From contig QPGO01000124.1 in the NCBI GenBank assembly GCA_008632985.1, forward strand, positions 62,001-126,000: a DNA stretch of 64,000 nucleotides. Reading direction: 5' to 3'. This stretch comes from Psammoneis japonica. Lineage: Eukaryota. Positions 63,308 through 64,000 of the stretch are shown here, in pieces. Position 1 is the first letter of the stretch, and every line of letters starts with the position of its first letter. The translations under genes and the position numbers were made by a program. The notes under the pieces were generated by a model. That model had not been told where the DNA came from, did not search any database, and saw only the letters and a list, made by a program, of their open reading frames with translations.

Positions 63308-64000
63308 TTCGTAGTTTCGTTTCTGCAGATTTCGTCACCTCGCACAATGTGCGGGAGCAACATTGCTGTGCCCCATGCATGCACCAGGCGCTGAAAAAGA
63401 AGATGTGTCATGACTTTGTCATTGTGAAAATTACAAGCTAGTTTAGAGCAGAGAAAATGGGATCGTGTGAACAGGGAATCTTGCCAAATCCCCATTCGTT
63501 CGCATTTGGATCGCATCAAATCGATCGTGCGTTCGCATTGTGGATCGTGCGAATCAAGCCATCACGCACCATGCACGAGTGATGTCATCGTGTGGAATCA
63601 CGCTGCCATCGTGGGCCAGATGACGGGCTGGTGTGCTTCACACGGATGCTCTCTTGGCATCCTTCTGGAATTGCCCAAGACCTAGAGCCACGCCCTCCTG
63701 TGGTCGTGCTTCCCAGGTGCGTGTTGACAATGCTGCGTTGCCGCGCACAAGAGGCTCATGCATGGTCTCGCCGTGTTGTCCAGCAGCGAGGCATGCTGCA
63801 GCTGGACATCATCCAGAAGGAGGATGGTGAGCGGGAGAAATTTCAAAGCAGGAGAAAGGAAAAGTGTTGGGTGGAGAGACGTCGTCGCGTTGAAGTTAAC
63901 GAATTCGTGAGAATGGTCGGAGCGGAGACGAGGGCTTTCACCCACATGACTGACTGTTCCAACAGCAGGCGACACATCAGGTTTAGAGTTGCGAAGTTGG

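Larger units (their letters stand above)
58503..63800 (-). mobile_element. Ty3/Gypsy LTR retrotransposon, ~5.3 kb, full length, hypermutated
   Basis: 432-bp LTRs 58503-58934 and 63369-63800 (similarity could extend 5 bp further left), candidate 4-bp TSD gctg, PPT gggggagtg at 58935-58943, order gag-PR-RT-RH-IN. Confidence 0.95.

Noticed and set aside
63340..63368. tRNA or self-priming PBS for the Gypsy element
   Set aside because: No TGG start and no convincing complement in the LTR; mutation may have obscured it.
28677..63800. Classical fungal-type RIP (CpA->TpA) as the explanation of copy differences
   Set aside because: Catalytic motifs, splice sites and stops show TpA is the ancestral state, so the direction is opposite.

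Overview
Eukaryotic, repeat-rich region, most likely from a diatom (inferred from CoDi-like Copia, diatom-type Gypsy gag, METH wording and a signal-peptide Rieske-like gene). It alternates between islands of ordinary genes and blocks of repeated DNA. The islands hold a 2OG-Fe(II) oxygenase, a Rieske-like protein, an EF-hand Ca2+/cation exchanger, a papain-fold protein, an MscS channel and a sulfotransferase. The repeat blocks hold a ~14-16 kb segmental duplication carrying catalase-peroxidase and MscS, a complete-ended Copia, a truncated Copia, a Gypsy, MITEs and a dispersed repeat family. The outstanding signal is that repeated DNA has almost lost the TpA dinucleotide through TpA->TpG/CpA transitions (A:T->G:C), alongside slower CpG decay. 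Copy-to-copy comparisons and conserved motifs (YVDD->HVDD, YLDD->HLDD, IYVNPEG->ICVNPEG, GT donor->GC, TAG acceptor->CAG/TGG, TAA stop->CAA, one TSD copy) show TpA is ancestral. This looks like a repeat-targeted hypermutation running opposite to fungal RIP. A base-calling artefact at a modified base is not excluded, because scattered 1-bp indels in ordinary genes suggest an imperfectly polished assembly. Coordinates of repeat edges are by eye and approximate.
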